Assembly (NCBI GenBank): GCA_934167875.1
Contig: CAKPMC010000006.1
Location: 16,646-80,645 of the forward strand
Length of the DNA stretch: 64,000 nucleotides
DNA from: an uncultured Bacilli bacterium
Lineage (GTDB): Bacteria > Bacillota_I > Bacilli_A > RF39 > UBA660
Direction: 5' to 3'
Shown in pieces: positions 18,886 to 28,805 of the stretch. The notes under the pieces are model-generated. The model ran no database searches and was not told where the DNA came from. It was given only the letters and a program-made list of their open reading frames with translations. Position 1 is the first letter of the stretch, and the number at the start of each line of letters is the position of its first letter. A program made the translations under genes and the position numbers.

Positions 18886-19690
18886 AGTAGCATTGGATTT
18901 AGGATTTATACAAATATATTGGTATTCAATCTTTATCTTTTTAGGAGTTTTTTTTGCTAGTTTAGTAATACTAAGAGAATGTAAAAAACAGAATATTAAT
19001 CAAGAATTTATTATCAATTTAATCTTTTATGGGGTTATTTTTGGACTTATTGGTGCTAGATTATATTATGTTTTATTTAATTTAGACTACTATCTTAAAT
19101 ATCCAATCGAAATATTTGAAGTATGGAATGGTGGTTTAGCTATTCATGGAGGTATTTTATTTGGTTTACTAACAGTGATAATATATTGTAAAAAATATCA
19201 TGCTAAAACTCTAAAAGTTTTAGATATACTAGTTGTTGGTTTAATATTAGGACAGGCTATTGGTAGATGGGGAAACTTTTTTAATGGCGAAGCTTATGGC
19301 GGTATAACTACTTTAGAACATCTACAAAAATTAGGTTTACCTGAATTTATTATAAATGGAATGTATATAAATGGTGCATATCATCAACCAACATTTATCT
19401 ATGAATCAATTTGGACCTTTTTTGGTTTTCTAGTGTTGTTAGTAGTTAGAAGATATAAATACTTAAAAACTGGTCAATTAACTGGTGTATATCTAGTTTG
19501 GTATTCAGTAGGTAGAATAGTAATAGAAGGAATGCGCACTGATAGTTTAATGCTAGGTAATTTTAGGGTAGCTCAATTAGTGTCAGGATTATTAATAATA
19601 CTAGGAATTCTAATGATAATATTCTGTAAAAAGGGTACAAGATTTGATAACCTATATAAAGATGAAGAAAAAACTGATATTTTATTTTAA
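18878..19690 (+). CDS. lgt: prolipoprotein diacylglyceryl transferase
   Basis: Lgt signature IGRWGNFFNGEAYG; polytopic membrane protein. Confidence 0.85.
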   Translation: MDRVALDLGFIQIYWYSIFIFLGVFFASLVILRECKKQNINQEFIINLIFYGVIFGLIGARLYYVLFNLDYYLKYPIEIFEVWNGGLAIHGGILFGLLTVIIYCKKYHAKTLKVLDILVVGLILGQAIGRWGNFFNGEAYGGITTLEHLQKLGLPEFIINGMYINGAYHQPTFIYESIWTFFGFLVLLVVRRYKYLKTGQLTGVYLVWYSVGRIVIEGMRTDSLMLGNFRVAQLVSGLLIILGILMIIFCKKGTRFDNLYKDEEKTDILF

Positions 19691-19702
19691 AGGAGGACAT
19701 TT

Positions 19703-20608
19703 ATGGACTACAACACAGTAATAATTGGATCAGGTGTAGCTGGAATGACAGCTGCCATATATCTAAAAAGGGCACGTAAGAGTGTATGTATATTAGAAAA
19801 TAGTGTTCCTGGTGGCCAAATAACATTAACTTCTACAGTTGAAAATTATCCAGGTTTTAAATCTATATCTGGTTCTGATTTAGCTTTAAATATATATAAT
19901 CAAGTGCTTGATTTAGGTGTTGATTATATATACAAAAAAGCTTGTAAAGTACAAGTGGTAAACGATAAAATAAAAATATTAACACCCGATGCTGAAATTA
20001 CTGCAAATAATTTAATCATAGCTACCGGACGTTCACCACGAAAATTAGAAGTAAAGATGGAAGATAGATTAATAGGAAATGGTGTTAGTTTTTGTGCTAC
20101 CTGTGATAGCAGTCTATATAAAAATAAAAAAGTAGCCGTGATTGGTGGCGGAACTTCTGCACTTGAAGAAGCAGTTTATCTTTCTAAAATCTGTGATAGT
20201 GTTACACTAATTCATAGAAGAGATGTTTTTACTGCTCCAGAGGCTCTTATAGAAACAGTAAAATCAACTAAAAATATAAATATAATAACCAATAGTGTGG
20301 TAAAAGAATTTAAAACTAACGATAATAAACTATCAAAAATAATATTAGAAGATAAAAATAAAAATTTAACAGAAATCGATGTTGATGGTTGTTTTGAATA
20401 CATAGGCCAAGTTCCTAATACTGATATTTTTAAAGATCTTAATATCTTAGATGAAAAGGGTTATGTAAATGTTAATGATAATTACGAGACCTCAATTCCT
20501 GGAATTTATGCCGTTGGTGATTGTATAAAAAAAGACTTATACCAAGTAATAACTGCTTGCAGTGATGGTGCTACAGCCGCTAATAGAATTATCAAGAGTA
20601 AAAGATAA
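19703..20608 (+). CDS. trxB: thioredoxin-disulfide reductase
   Basis: FAD motif GSGVAG, redox CATCD, NADPH site GGGTSALEEA. Confidence 0.85.
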   Translation: MDYNTVIIGSGVAGMTAAIYLKRARKSVCILENSVPGGQITLTSTVENYPGFKSISGSDLALNIYNQVLDLGVDYIYKKACKVQVVNDKIKILTPDAEITANNLIIATGRSPRKLEVKMEDRLIGNGVSFCATCDSSLYKNKKVAVIGGGTSALEEAVYLSKICDSVTLIHRRDVFTAPEALIETVKSTKNINIITNSVVKEFKTNDNKLSKIILEDKNKNLTEIDVDGCFEYIGQVPNTDIFKDLNILDEKGYVNVNDNYETSIPGIYAVGDCIKKDLYQVITACSDGATAANRIIKSKR

Positions 20609-20680
20609 TTCTTTTTTTTGAAGTAAAAAATATGATATACTATCAAGTGTAATTAACAGAATTTTAAATAAACTAAAAAG

Positions 20681-21637
20681 GTGAAACATATGAAGAAAAA
20701 AATAGTAGTATTTGGCGGCGGAACAGGATTATCAAGTCTACTAACAGGACTAAAGGATTTTCCAGTAGAAATAACGGCTGTAATAACAGTATCTGATAAT
20801 GGAAGATCAACTGGTAAATTAAGAGAAGAATTTTCAACTCCAGCCGTTGGCGATATTAGAAAAGTGTTAACTAATTTATCTGATTTACCAGAAGAAATAA
20901 AAAGCATAATGGAATATCGTTTTGAAACATACAGTGATTTAGATGGCCACCCTTTAGGAAATTTAGTACTTACTGCAATGTTAAATAAAACCAAAAATCT
21001 AAAGAAAAGCATTGAATATCTCAGTAAACTTTTAGATGTTAAACACAAGGTACTTCCACTATCTGAAGATTACCTAACACTAATGGGTGAAACATATGAT
21101 GGTAAGATAATAGAGGGAGAAGCTAATTTAACCAAAGCACATACTAAATACAAAAAAATATTTTATAAAGAAACACCTCATGTAGAAAAAGATGTGTTAA
21201 AAGCAGTAAAAGAAGCTGATTTAATAATATTATCAATGGGTAGCTTATATACTAGTATATTGCCACATTTATTATGTAAACAAATAATAGAAGCTATCAA
21301 TACTTCCCAAGCTAAAGTAATGTATTTATGTAATGCTATGACTCAACCTGGAGAAACAGATAACTTTGGTGTTAGTGACCATATAGATATTTTAGAAAAA
21401 TATTTAGGAACAAATTCTATTGATGTAGTAGTTGCTAGCAATACTAAACTAGATAGTAAAATATTAGAGAAATATGAAACTGAGGAACAAAAAGATCCTG
21501 TCGTAATAGATTATGAAAATTTAAAAAATAGAAAACTAGAAATAATAGAATCAGATTTACTAACAACTAAAGATAATACTATTAGACATAATAGTTTAAA
21601 ACTAAGTTCCATTATTTTTTCATATTTAATGAGGTGA
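20681..21637 (+). CDS. yvcK: gluconeogenesis factor YvcK (CofD-like UPF0052)
   Basis: VVFGGGTGLSSLLTGLK N-terminal motif. Followed by whiA as in the Bacillus yvcK-whiA arrangement. Confidence 0.75.
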   Translation: MKHMKKKIVVFGGGTGLSSLLTGLKDFPVEITAVITVSDNGRSTGKLREEFSTPAVGDIRKVLTNLSDLPEEIKSIMEYRFETYSDLDGHPLGNLVLTAMLNKTKNLKKSIEYLSKLLDVKHKVLPLSEDYLTLMGETYDGKIIEGEANLTKAHTKYKKIFYKETPHVEKDVLKAVKEADLIILSMGSLYTSILPHLLCKQIIEAINTSQAKVMYLCNAMTQPGETDNFGVSDHIDILEKYLGTNSIDVVVASNTKLDSKILEKYETEEQKDPVVIDYENLKNRKLEIIESDLLTTKDNTIRHNSLKLSSIIFSYLMR

Positions 21638-21641
21638 TAAT

Positions 21642-22586
21642 ATGTCTTTTACCACAACAATCAAAGAAGAAATTTCAAGAATTCCTAATACTAGATCAGA
21701 AAGTATAGCTGAATTATCAGGTTTTTTTAGAAATAATGGTACTTGTACTGATACAACTATCGATCTAGTTACAGAAAATGCTACAGTTGCTAAAAGAATA
21801 TATCAGTTAATTAAAGATTTATATGATATAACTTGTGAAATTGAAAATAGAAAAAGTCTAAACTTTAGTAAAAATAATTTATATTTAATAATGATTAATG
21901 AAAAGGTAAATTTTATTCTAAAAGATTTATCTATAATTAATGAAAATGGTGATTTTTTAGATACTCCAAATGAATTTATAGTAGATTCAGAAGATGAAAT
22001 TAGAGCCTATTTAAGGGGAGCTTTTTTAGCAAAAGGTAGTATAAATGATCCTAAAACAGCTAGATATCATTTGGAATTATTAATAGAAGAATTAGAAGAA
22101 GCAAAATTTATATCAAACCTATTAAATAGTTTTGATTTAAATAGTAAAATTTTATCTAGAGATAAGGGATATATGGTTTATATTAAAGAATCAGAAAAAA
22201 TAGGCGATTTCTTGAGAATAATAAATGCAAATCAGGCTGTTCTTTACTATGAGGATATTAGGATATATCGTGATCATAAAAATATGACCAATCGTCTAAA
22301 CAATTGTGAACAAGCTAACATTGATAAAGTAGTAGAAACTGCTACTAAACAAATTGAAGATATAGAATACTTAAAAGAAAATTTAGGTATTGAACTATTA
22401 GATGAAAAAACCAAAGAAGCAATTGAATACCGTTTAAAGTATCCAGAATCTTCGCTTCTAGAATTAAGTGAAATTATAAGTTATGAAACAGGAAAACCAA
22501 TTACTAAATCAGGTTTAAATCATCGTTTTAGAAAAGTAAGAGAATTAGCTAATAAAATGAAAGAAGGTAGTAATAATGAAAATTAA
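21642..22586 (+). CDS. whiA: sporulation/cell-division transcription regulator WhiA
   Basis: Around 314 aa with C-terminal HTH. Conserved position after yvcK. Confidence 0.8.
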   Translation: MSFTTTIKEEISRIPNTRSESIAELSGFFRNNGTCTDTTIDLVTENATVAKRIYQLIKDLYDITCEIENRKSLNFSKNNLYLIMINEKVNFILKDLSIINENGDFLDTPNEFIVDSEDEIRAYLRGAFLAKGSINDPKTARYHLELLIEELEEAKFISNLLNSFDLNSKILSRDKGYMVYIKESEKIGDFLRIINANQAVLYYEDIRIYRDHKNMTNRLNNCEQANIDKVVETATKQIEDIEYLKENLGIELLDEKTKEAIEYRLKYPESSLLELSEIISYETGKPITKSGLNHRFRKVRELANKMKEGSNNEN

Positions 22587-23094
22587 ACCTATTAGCATCA
22601 ATGGTAATTTATGTAAAGAGTTTAATAGTGTTGATATAGAAGATTTATCCGTTTTATCAGGTGGATATATCATTACACCTAATGGTGAAATAATATTGGT
22701 AAAAGATACTGATCAACATCAGGTAATTTTCTCAGATTATATAAATGCTTATTTAGAAAATAATGATTATATAAAATATAATACATTAACAGCTACAAAA
22801 ATGTTATGTGAGATTGGCTGCTGTGTATATGCTGGTGTTAGATTAGAGTATTTCAAAAATAAATTAGAAAAAATGACACAAAGTATGGCCAGTTTAACAT
22901 TCCCCAATGATCCTAGTGACTTAACTGATAGTCAAAAGCAAATAATTAAAACATTGTTGAAAACTAATAAATCGCTATTTGGATCTAGTGAGAAAATATT
23001 AATTCAATATGGTAGTTTTCCTGATAACGTATATAATATAGAAGAAGTAAATGTATTTCTAAATAGTAATATAAAAAATAATAGTATTCAATAA
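22576..23094 (+). CDS. hypothetical protein (172 aa)
   Basis: ORF overlapping the whiA stop. Confidence 0.35.
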   Translation: MKIKPISINGNLCKEFNSVDIEDLSVLSGGYIITPNGEIILVKDTDQHQVIFSDYINAYLENNDYIKYNTLTATKMLCEIGCCVYAGVRLEYFKNKLEKMTQSMASLTFPNDPSDLTDSQKQIIKTLLKTNKSLFGSSEKILIQYGSFPDNVYNIEEVNVFLNSNIKNNSIQ

Positions 23095-23103
23095 TGTCTA
23101 CTA

Positions 23104-23688
23104 TTATTTTTTTATTATTTTATCTACTAATCCATATTTTAAAGCTTCATCACTATCCATAAAATTATCTCTTTCTGTATCTAAAGCAATTGTTTCCAAG
23201 CTTTGATTAGTATTTTTTGATAGTATTTTATTAAGCTTATCTCTAAGTTTTAATATATGTTCAGCAGCAATTTTTATTTCTGTAGCCTGCCCTTGAGCAC
23301 CACCTAAAGGTTGATGAATCATAACTTCAGCATTAGGAAGTATATAGCGCTTTCCATTCTCTCCAGAAGATAAAAGAAATGCAGCCATACTTGCAGCCAT
23401 ACCTATACATATTGTTGATACATTACTCTTAACAAAGTTCATAGTATCATAAATAGCCATTCCTGCAGTAACAGATCCACCTGGTGAATTAATATAAAGA
23501 CTAATATCATCATGATTAATAGAATCTAAATATAAAAGTTGAGCAACAATACTATTAGAAAGATTATCATCAATCTCTCCACTAAGTAAAACAATACGAT
23601 TCTTAAGTAATCTAGAAAAAATATCATAACTTCTTTCACCATTAACTTCTTTATCTACAACCATTGGTACTAAATTCATTTTTATCAC
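23104..23688 (-). CDS. clpP: ATP-dependent Clp protease proteolytic subunit
   Basis: [14 protein letters not shown] and catalytic Ser/His/Asp context. Confidence 0.9.
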   Translation of the reverse strand: MIKMNLVPMVVDKEVNGERSYDIFSRLLKNRIVLLSGEIDDNLSNSIVAQLLYLDSINHDDISLYINSPGGSVTAGMAIYDTMNFVKSNVSTICIGMAASMAAFLLSSGENGKRYILPNAEVMIHQPLGGAQGQATEIKIAAEHILKLRDKLNKILSKNTNQSLETIALDTERDNFMDSDEALKYGLVDKIIKK

Positions 23689-23745
23689 CTATAATTATAA
23701 TAGTGTAAACTTAATAAAAATATACATTTATTAGTTAGACAAAAT

Positions 23746-24660
23746 GTGCTACAATATCCTTATCATAGGGTAGAAGGTGAATTGATGTTAGAAGAAGTAA
23801 AAACAATATTAATAAACCAAAAAGAAAAAGAATTAAACCAGATTGAAGTAATAAATAAACAAATAGCAGAGTTAAATCAAAAAGAAAAACAAAATAATTT
23901 TACTGCCATAGATAAGCATATAATTGAATTAGAAAATGAAATAGCTAGAATAAATCAAAGTTTAATAACTAAATTATCAACTTCTAAAAAATTAAAAAAA
24001 TTATATGATGAATATTATCAATTATCAGCCAACAAAATTAAAGTTCTTGAGGAATTTAATAATGAAAGAGAGAAATTAATTATTGAATTATCAAAATTAA
24101 TAAGTAATGCTGGTTTAATAGAACAAGAAATAATAAATATTAAAAAAGCTAGTACCCTTCAAGAGTTAGGACTTAACGAAGAAACAGCTAAAAGTTTATT
24201 AAGAAAGAACCATAATCACTATGAAGATTCAGCTATTCAAAAAGTTTTTTCTAAAGTAGTATTAAGAAAACCGTCAACTAGAGAAGAAATCTTTAGAATA
24301 ATGCAAGAATTATATCAAACTAACTCATCTGTATTCGTTCTAGAAATGCAGAAAATTAGTCCAACTGATTTAGCTAATCAATTAATAGAAATAGGTATCG
24401 TTATAGATAAAGATAAATTGAATTTAATGAATAAAGTATACTATTATCTAAAACAGACTAATAAGATATTACCAACTATGCAAGATATAGAAATAAATGA
24501 CCGACTAGATCATTACTACTGTAATGAAATAGAAAAAGTACTAGCTAACATTGAAAATTATCCAAATATTAATTCAACTGCTTTATCACAAATGTTATCC
24601 TTAACTGCTATAGTATCAATAGCTAAAGAAAATAAAAAAACACAAAGAATAAATAAATAA
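23746..24660 (+). CDS. hypothetical coiled-coil protein (304 aa)
   Basis: Heptad-rich ORF. Confidence 0.35.
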   Translation: MLQYPYHRVEGELMLEEVKTILINQKEKELNQIEVINKQIAELNQKEKQNNFTAIDKHIIELENEIARINQSLITKLSTSKKLKKLYDEYYQLSANKIKVLEEFNNEREKLIIELSKLISNAGLIEQEIINIKKASTLQELGLNEETAKSLLRKNHNHYEDSAIQKVFSKVVLRKPSTREEIFRIMQELYQTNSSVFVLEMQKISPTDLANQLIEIGIVIDKDKLNLMNKVYYYLKQTNKILPTMQDIEINDRLDHYYCNEIEKVLANIENYPNINSTALSQMLSLTAIVSIAKENKKTQRINK

Positions 24661-24677
24661 ATAAAAGGGGAATTATC

Positions 24678-26327
24678 ATGAATGAAATAAAAGTTAAAAT
24701 AAATAATACTACAATTGATGTTAATCGTGGTATTACTTTAGAAGAATTAGCTAAAAACTATCAAAATAATTTTAAATATGAAATAATTTTAGCTAAGGTA
24801 GATGGTATTTATAAAGAATTAACAGAGACAATTCATAAAGACTGTACTATTGAATTTTTTGATTTAACAGATCGTGGTGCTAATCAAGTTTATCTGAATG
24901 GATTAATTTACTTAACTGTATATGCCTATAAACTATTATTTGGTAGAACTAATGATATAAAAATAAATCATTCTCTTGATAAGGGATTATATATAGAAAC
25001 ATCATTAAAACTACAGGAAGAAGATTTAGTTAAACTAGAAGAAAAGATGAAAACATTAGTAAATAGTAATTTACCTATAACCAGATTAACTGTATCTAGA
25101 ATGGATGCTATTGACTATTTTAATAGTGTTAATGATCATGTTAAAGCTGAGATAATGAAATATATCACTTCTACTCATTTAACTTTATATAAATTGGAAA
25201 ATAATTATGATTACTTTTACAGTATGATGCCAACTTCATCCAAAGTTTTATCTCATTTTGAATTAACTTATTTAAATGAAGATGGCTTTGTCTTAAGATT
25301 CCCAACTATTTATATGAAAAATGGTATTAAACCATATGAACATAGAGAAAATATCTTTAATTTATTTAAAGAGTCAAGAAAGTGGGCTAAGAACTTAAAT
25401 TTAGAAAATGTCGTTGACTTAAATAGAAAAGTATCGTCAGGTAGTATTCTAGAATTAATTCAAATGGATGAGTTAATGAAAAATTATGAATTAATGGAAC
25501 TAGCCAAAAAAATAATATCTAATGAGAATGCTAAAATAGTATTATTAGCTGGACCATCATCAACTGGTAAAACCACAACCACTAATAAACTTACTTTATG
25601 TTTAAAAAGTTTAGGTAAAAATCCTAAAATGTTATCTATGGATGATTTTTTTGTAGATAGAAAAGATACTCCAGTAGATGAAAATGGTGAATTAGATTAT
25701 GAAAGGTTAGAAACAGTAGATTTAGCTTTATTTGAAAAAACTATAGAAAGCTTACTTTCTAACAATGAAACTATTTTACCAAGCTTTAATTTTGTTTTAG
25801 GCGAAAAAGAATTTAAAACTAAAATGAAAATGGATAAAGATGATATTCTGTTAATTGAAGGAATCCATGCCTTAAATCCTAAAGTGTTAGAACATATTCC
25901 AAAAGAAAAGAAAACAACAGTTTATTTGTCAGCACTAACAGAATTAAATATAGATAATCATACTCGTATTTCAACTACTGATAATAGATTACTACGTAGA
26001 ATAGTAAGAGATAATAGAACTAGAGGTAATAATGTTGAAGAAACTTTGAAAAGTTGGCCTAAAGTAAGAAAAGGTGAGGAAAATTATATTTTCCCATTCC
26101 AAGATGAAGCAGATTATACTTTTAACACAGCTATGATATATGAACTTGGTGTATTAAAAACATTTGTAGAGCCATTATTATATTCTGTAGAACCAACATC
26201 ACCATATTATAATGAAGCAATTCGTTTAATTAACTTTTTAAGATTATTTTTGCCAATCTCATCAGAAAGTATACCAAAAGATTCAATTATAAGAGAATTT
26301 ATCGGTGGCGGTTGTTTTAAAGTATAA
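24678..26327 (+). CDS. TGS-domain / uridine-kinase-family (PRK-like P-loop) nucleoside kinase fusion protein
   Basis: N-terminal TGS-like region and P-loop LLAGPSSTGKTTTTNKL within a Udk-like domain. Confidence 0.6.
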   Translation: MNEIKVKINNTTIDVNRGITLEELAKNYQNNFKYEIILAKVDGIYKELTETIHKDCTIEFFDLTDRGANQVYLNGLIYLTVYAYKLLFGRTNDIKINHSLDKGLYIETSLKLQEEDLVKLEEKMKTLVNSNLPITRLTVSRMDAIDYFNSVNDHVKAEIMKYITSTHLTLYKLENNYDYFYSMMPTSSKVLSHFELTYLNEDGFVLRFPTIYMKNGIKPYEHRENIFNLFKESRKWAKNLNLENVVDLNRKVSSGSILELIQMDELMKNYELMELAKKIISNENAKIVLLAGPSSTGKTTTTNKLTLCLKSLGKNPKMLSMDDFFVDRKDTPVDENGELDYERLETVDLALFEKTIESLLSNNETILPSFNFVLGEKEFKTKMKMDKDDILLIEGIHALNPKVLEHIPKEKKTTVYLSALTELNIDNHTRISTTDNRLLRRIVRDNRTRGNNVEETLKSWPKVRKGEENYIFPFQDEADYTFNTAMIYELGVLKTFVEPLLYSVEPTSPYYNEAIRLINFLRLFLPISSESIPKDSIIREFIGGGCFKV

Positions 26328-26365
26328 TATGTGTTAAAATAACTCCTCACAAAGGAGTTATTTAT

Positions 26366-26758
26366 ATGAAAGTAAGATATTATATTGTTGAAAACTGTTA
26401 TGAGTTTATAGATACCTTGGAAAGAGAATTATGTCAAAAAGGTATTTCATATGTAAGAATAGATACAGAAATTCATTTTTTAGATCAAATTATTAGATTT
26501 TTAGACTTCGATCTTGATATGGATTTAATAGTAAAATTATATTTTTCTAAATTAGAGCTAAGATCAACTAATGACATTACTTTGTTTACTGATCTAAATC
26601 AAAATGATTATTTAGATTTTATACCACAAAATAATACTTATCAACAATATCATACAAAATTTACACACAATAATCATACTTATCAACAGCTAAATAAAAG
26701 AATGTTAAAAAATCAATCAAACAATGCCAATCAAAAATTAAAAAGGTATAAAAAATAA
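26366..26758 (+). CDS. hypothetical protein (130 aa)
   Basis: ORF with RBS AAAGGAG. Confidence 0.3.
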   Translation: MKVRYYIVENCYEFIDTLERELCQKGISYVRIDTEIHFLDQIIRFLDFDLDMDLIVKLYFSKLELRSTNDITLFTDLNQNDYLDFIPQNNTYQQYHTKFTHNNHTYQQLNKRMLKNQSNNANQKLKRYKK

Positions 26759-26781
26759 GATATCCACAATTTTGTGGATAT
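26759..26781 (+). terminator. perfect palindrome GATATCCACAATTTTGTGGATAT (copy 1)
   Basis: Immediately follows the stop at 26758. The identical palindrome recurs at 27787. Confidence 0.4.
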
Positions 26782-26799
26782 AAATATATATCAATTTAA

Positions 26800-26830
26800 T
26801 TGACAAAATCCCCCGGGGGGGGGGTAGAAT
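26800..26830 (+). promoter_or_regulatory. sigma-A-type promoter TTGACA-19-TAGAAT with a C5G10 homopolymer in the spacer
   Basis: TTGACA at 26800-26805, spacer AAATCCCCCGGGGGGGGGG (19 nt), TAGAAT at 26825-26830, RBS AAGGGAGG, ATG at 26859. Confidence 0.55.
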
Positions 26831-26858
26831 AAAAATATAAAATAAAAAGGGAGGAAAT

Positions 26859-27779
26859 ATGGAAAATAAACAAAAAAGTAAATTAGGTTTAGGAATATTA
26901 ATAGGAGTACTAATTGCAGTTATTATTTTACTTACGGGATATATTGTTTATGATAAAGTTATAGCCAAAGATAAAAATAATACTGAAGAAAAAAATCAGG
27001 ATAATATTACTCCAACGAATACTCCAGCTGAAATATCAAAAACAGAACCAGTTAATTTGAATGATGAAAAAATATCAGCCTTAATAAGTTATATAATGAA
27101 CGTTTATGATAATGAAACTGAAATGTATGGAACATATAAAGTAGAAACTGGTCGTAATAAAGTTGGGTTATTCTATCATAAAAATGATAAACAAATAATT
27201 GATAATATAGATTCTAATGTTAAATTAGAAATGTTATCATCAAAAATATACAATGAATATATGAAATCTCTAGCATCATCAGGAGTATATGAAAAAACAT
27301 TTACCAAAACAGAAATTGATAAATTATATCATGAGTTATTTGGATCACATGCAAGTAGCATAAAATATACTAGTAATACCTGTCCAACATTAAAAGAAGA
27401 AAATGACAAAGTACAAGTAATGAGTAGTTGTGGTAATGTTATTGGGCCAGGATTTCACTATTCTATTTTAACTCAATTCTATAAGGCTGAAAAAACCAAT
27501 GATGAATTATATTTATACCAATTAGTTGGTTATCCAAAATACGATGACGAAAATGATACTAATATTCCACATAATATTGATGATAGTTTCATCATATATA
27601 AAGATTATGATTTAACTACTAAAACATCAGGTACTAATACTAATTTAGGAACGGCTAATGAAAATGGTGGTTATAACTATGATTTAACTAAAATTAAAAG
27701 CGAATTAGATAGTTATAAATATACTTTAAAATTAGAAAATGGTAACTATTATTTCTATAGCGTCGAAAAGGAAAAGTAA
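26859..27779 (+). CDS. N-terminally membrane-anchored extracellular protein (306 aa)
   Basis: Basic N-terminus and TM helix LGLGILIGVLIAVIILLTGYIVY, then a Thr/Asn-rich linker and a globular region. Confidence 0.45.
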   Translation: MENKQKSKLGLGILIGVLIAVIILLTGYIVYDKVIAKDKNNTEEKNQDNITPTNTPAEISKTEPVNLNDEKISALISYIMNVYDNETEMYGTYKVETGRNKVGLFYHKNDKQIIDNIDSNVKLEMLSSKIYNEYMKSLASSGVYEKTFTKTEIDKLYHELFGSHASSIKYTSNTCPTLKEENDKVQVMSSCGNVIGPGFHYSILTQFYKAEKTNDELYLYQLVGYPKYDDENDTNIPHNIDDSFIIYKDYDLTTKTSGTNTNLGTANENGGYNYDLTKIKSELDSYKYTLKLENGNYYFYSVEKEK

Positions 27780-27786
27780 AATAAAA

Positions 27787-27816
27787 GATATCCACAATTT
27801 TGTGGATATCTTTTTT
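27787..27816. terminator. bidirectional rho-independent terminator: palindrome GATATCCACAATTTTGTGGATATC + TTTTTT (copy 2)
   Basis: Sits between convergent genes, A-run before and T-run after. Confidence 0.55.
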
Positions 27817-28567
27817 AAACAATATCATCAGCTAAGTTAACTACATTAGAAGTAATAATATAAGAATTATCCATGATATTATCACCTAAATAGTTTTTAA
27901 TTTCCTTATACTCATTCGAACTACTAATATCTCCCAGCATAATTGAATGATTTTTATTTACTTGATTATTAATATTGTTATAGCATTCTAATAATGAAGC
28001 ATCTTGTACAGAAATAGAATAAAAATCTAAATCTAATCCCCAAAAGTATTCTTCACTGTTTCTAATAACTGCTCCTGTACGAGCCTTATCAATTCTATCT
28101 TTAATATTTAAAACAATTTCCTTACATGGACTTTTCATATAAATATTATCATTAGGATAATTATTTATGATTTGAACAATTTTGTCTATAAAAATATTAT
28201 TGTTTTCCCCATGATTTTCAAGATTTAAAACTAATAATTTTGTGGTTGTTTTAAATAATTCTAATAACTCCTCTAATGTTATGATATTATGTTTTTTAAC
28301 TTTAGTACCAAGATTATATTTGCTAATATCAGCTAAAGTTAGATCAGAAATTTTATGTTTAGGATGTCCCATAAAACTATTATCATTATAAACAATAATA
28401 TTACCATCTTTAGTAAGATTTAAATTAACTTCAATTCCATCCACATAATCAGTATTGATAGCAAGCAAAAAAGCATCCATAGAATCACTAGGAGTATTTT
28501 TAGTATTAGTACCACTTCTAACTAATATTTTCATAATTCCACCTCTATTAAATATATGCAGAACCAA
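27815..28567 (-). CDS. glycerophosphodiester phosphodiesterase (GDPD)-fold protein with substituted catalytic motifs
   Basis: GDPD-like layout, but the canonical motifs are substituted: HRG is VRSG, ExD is EVN and HD is YND. Confidence 0.45.
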   Translation of the reverse strand: MVLHIFNRGGIMKILVRSGTNTKNTPSDSMDAFLLAINTDYVDGIEVNLNLTKDGNIIVYNDNSFMGHPKHKISDLTLADISKYNLGTKVKKHNIITLEELLELFKTTTKLLVLNLENHGENNNIFIDKIVQIINNYPNDNIYMKSPCKEIVLNIKDRIDKARTGAVIRNSEEYFWGLDLDFYSISVQDASLLECYNNINNQVNKNHSIMLGDISSSNEYKEIKNYLGDNIMDNSYIITSNVVNLADDIV

Positions 28568-28620
28568 TATTGAATATATATTTTTATAATGTTATAATTA
28601 AACTATAATAGGAGAAAATT

Positions 28621-28791
28621 ATGGAAAATAGTGAAAGTAAAGTTACTAATAAGAGTAATAATAAATTTTTAATAATAATAATAATCTTATCAGTAATAAT
28701 AGTTGTACTTGCTACTTTATTAATCTTAAATGTAATGAAAAAAGATAATAAAGATAATGGTATAGTAAATTCTACTGAAAAACTGATGTAA
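28621..28791 (+). CDS. small single-TM protein (56 aa), not in the ORF track
   Basis: RBS AGGAGAAAAT, MENSESKVTNKSNNKFLIIIIILSVIIVVLATLLILNVMKKDNKDNGIVNSTEKLM. Ends 15 nt before the serpin ATG. Confidence 0.3.
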   Translation: MENSESKVTNKSNNKFLIIIIILSVIIVVLATLLILNVMKKDNKDNGIVNSTEKLM

Positions 28792-28805
28792 CTTCGGCTT
28801 ATAGA

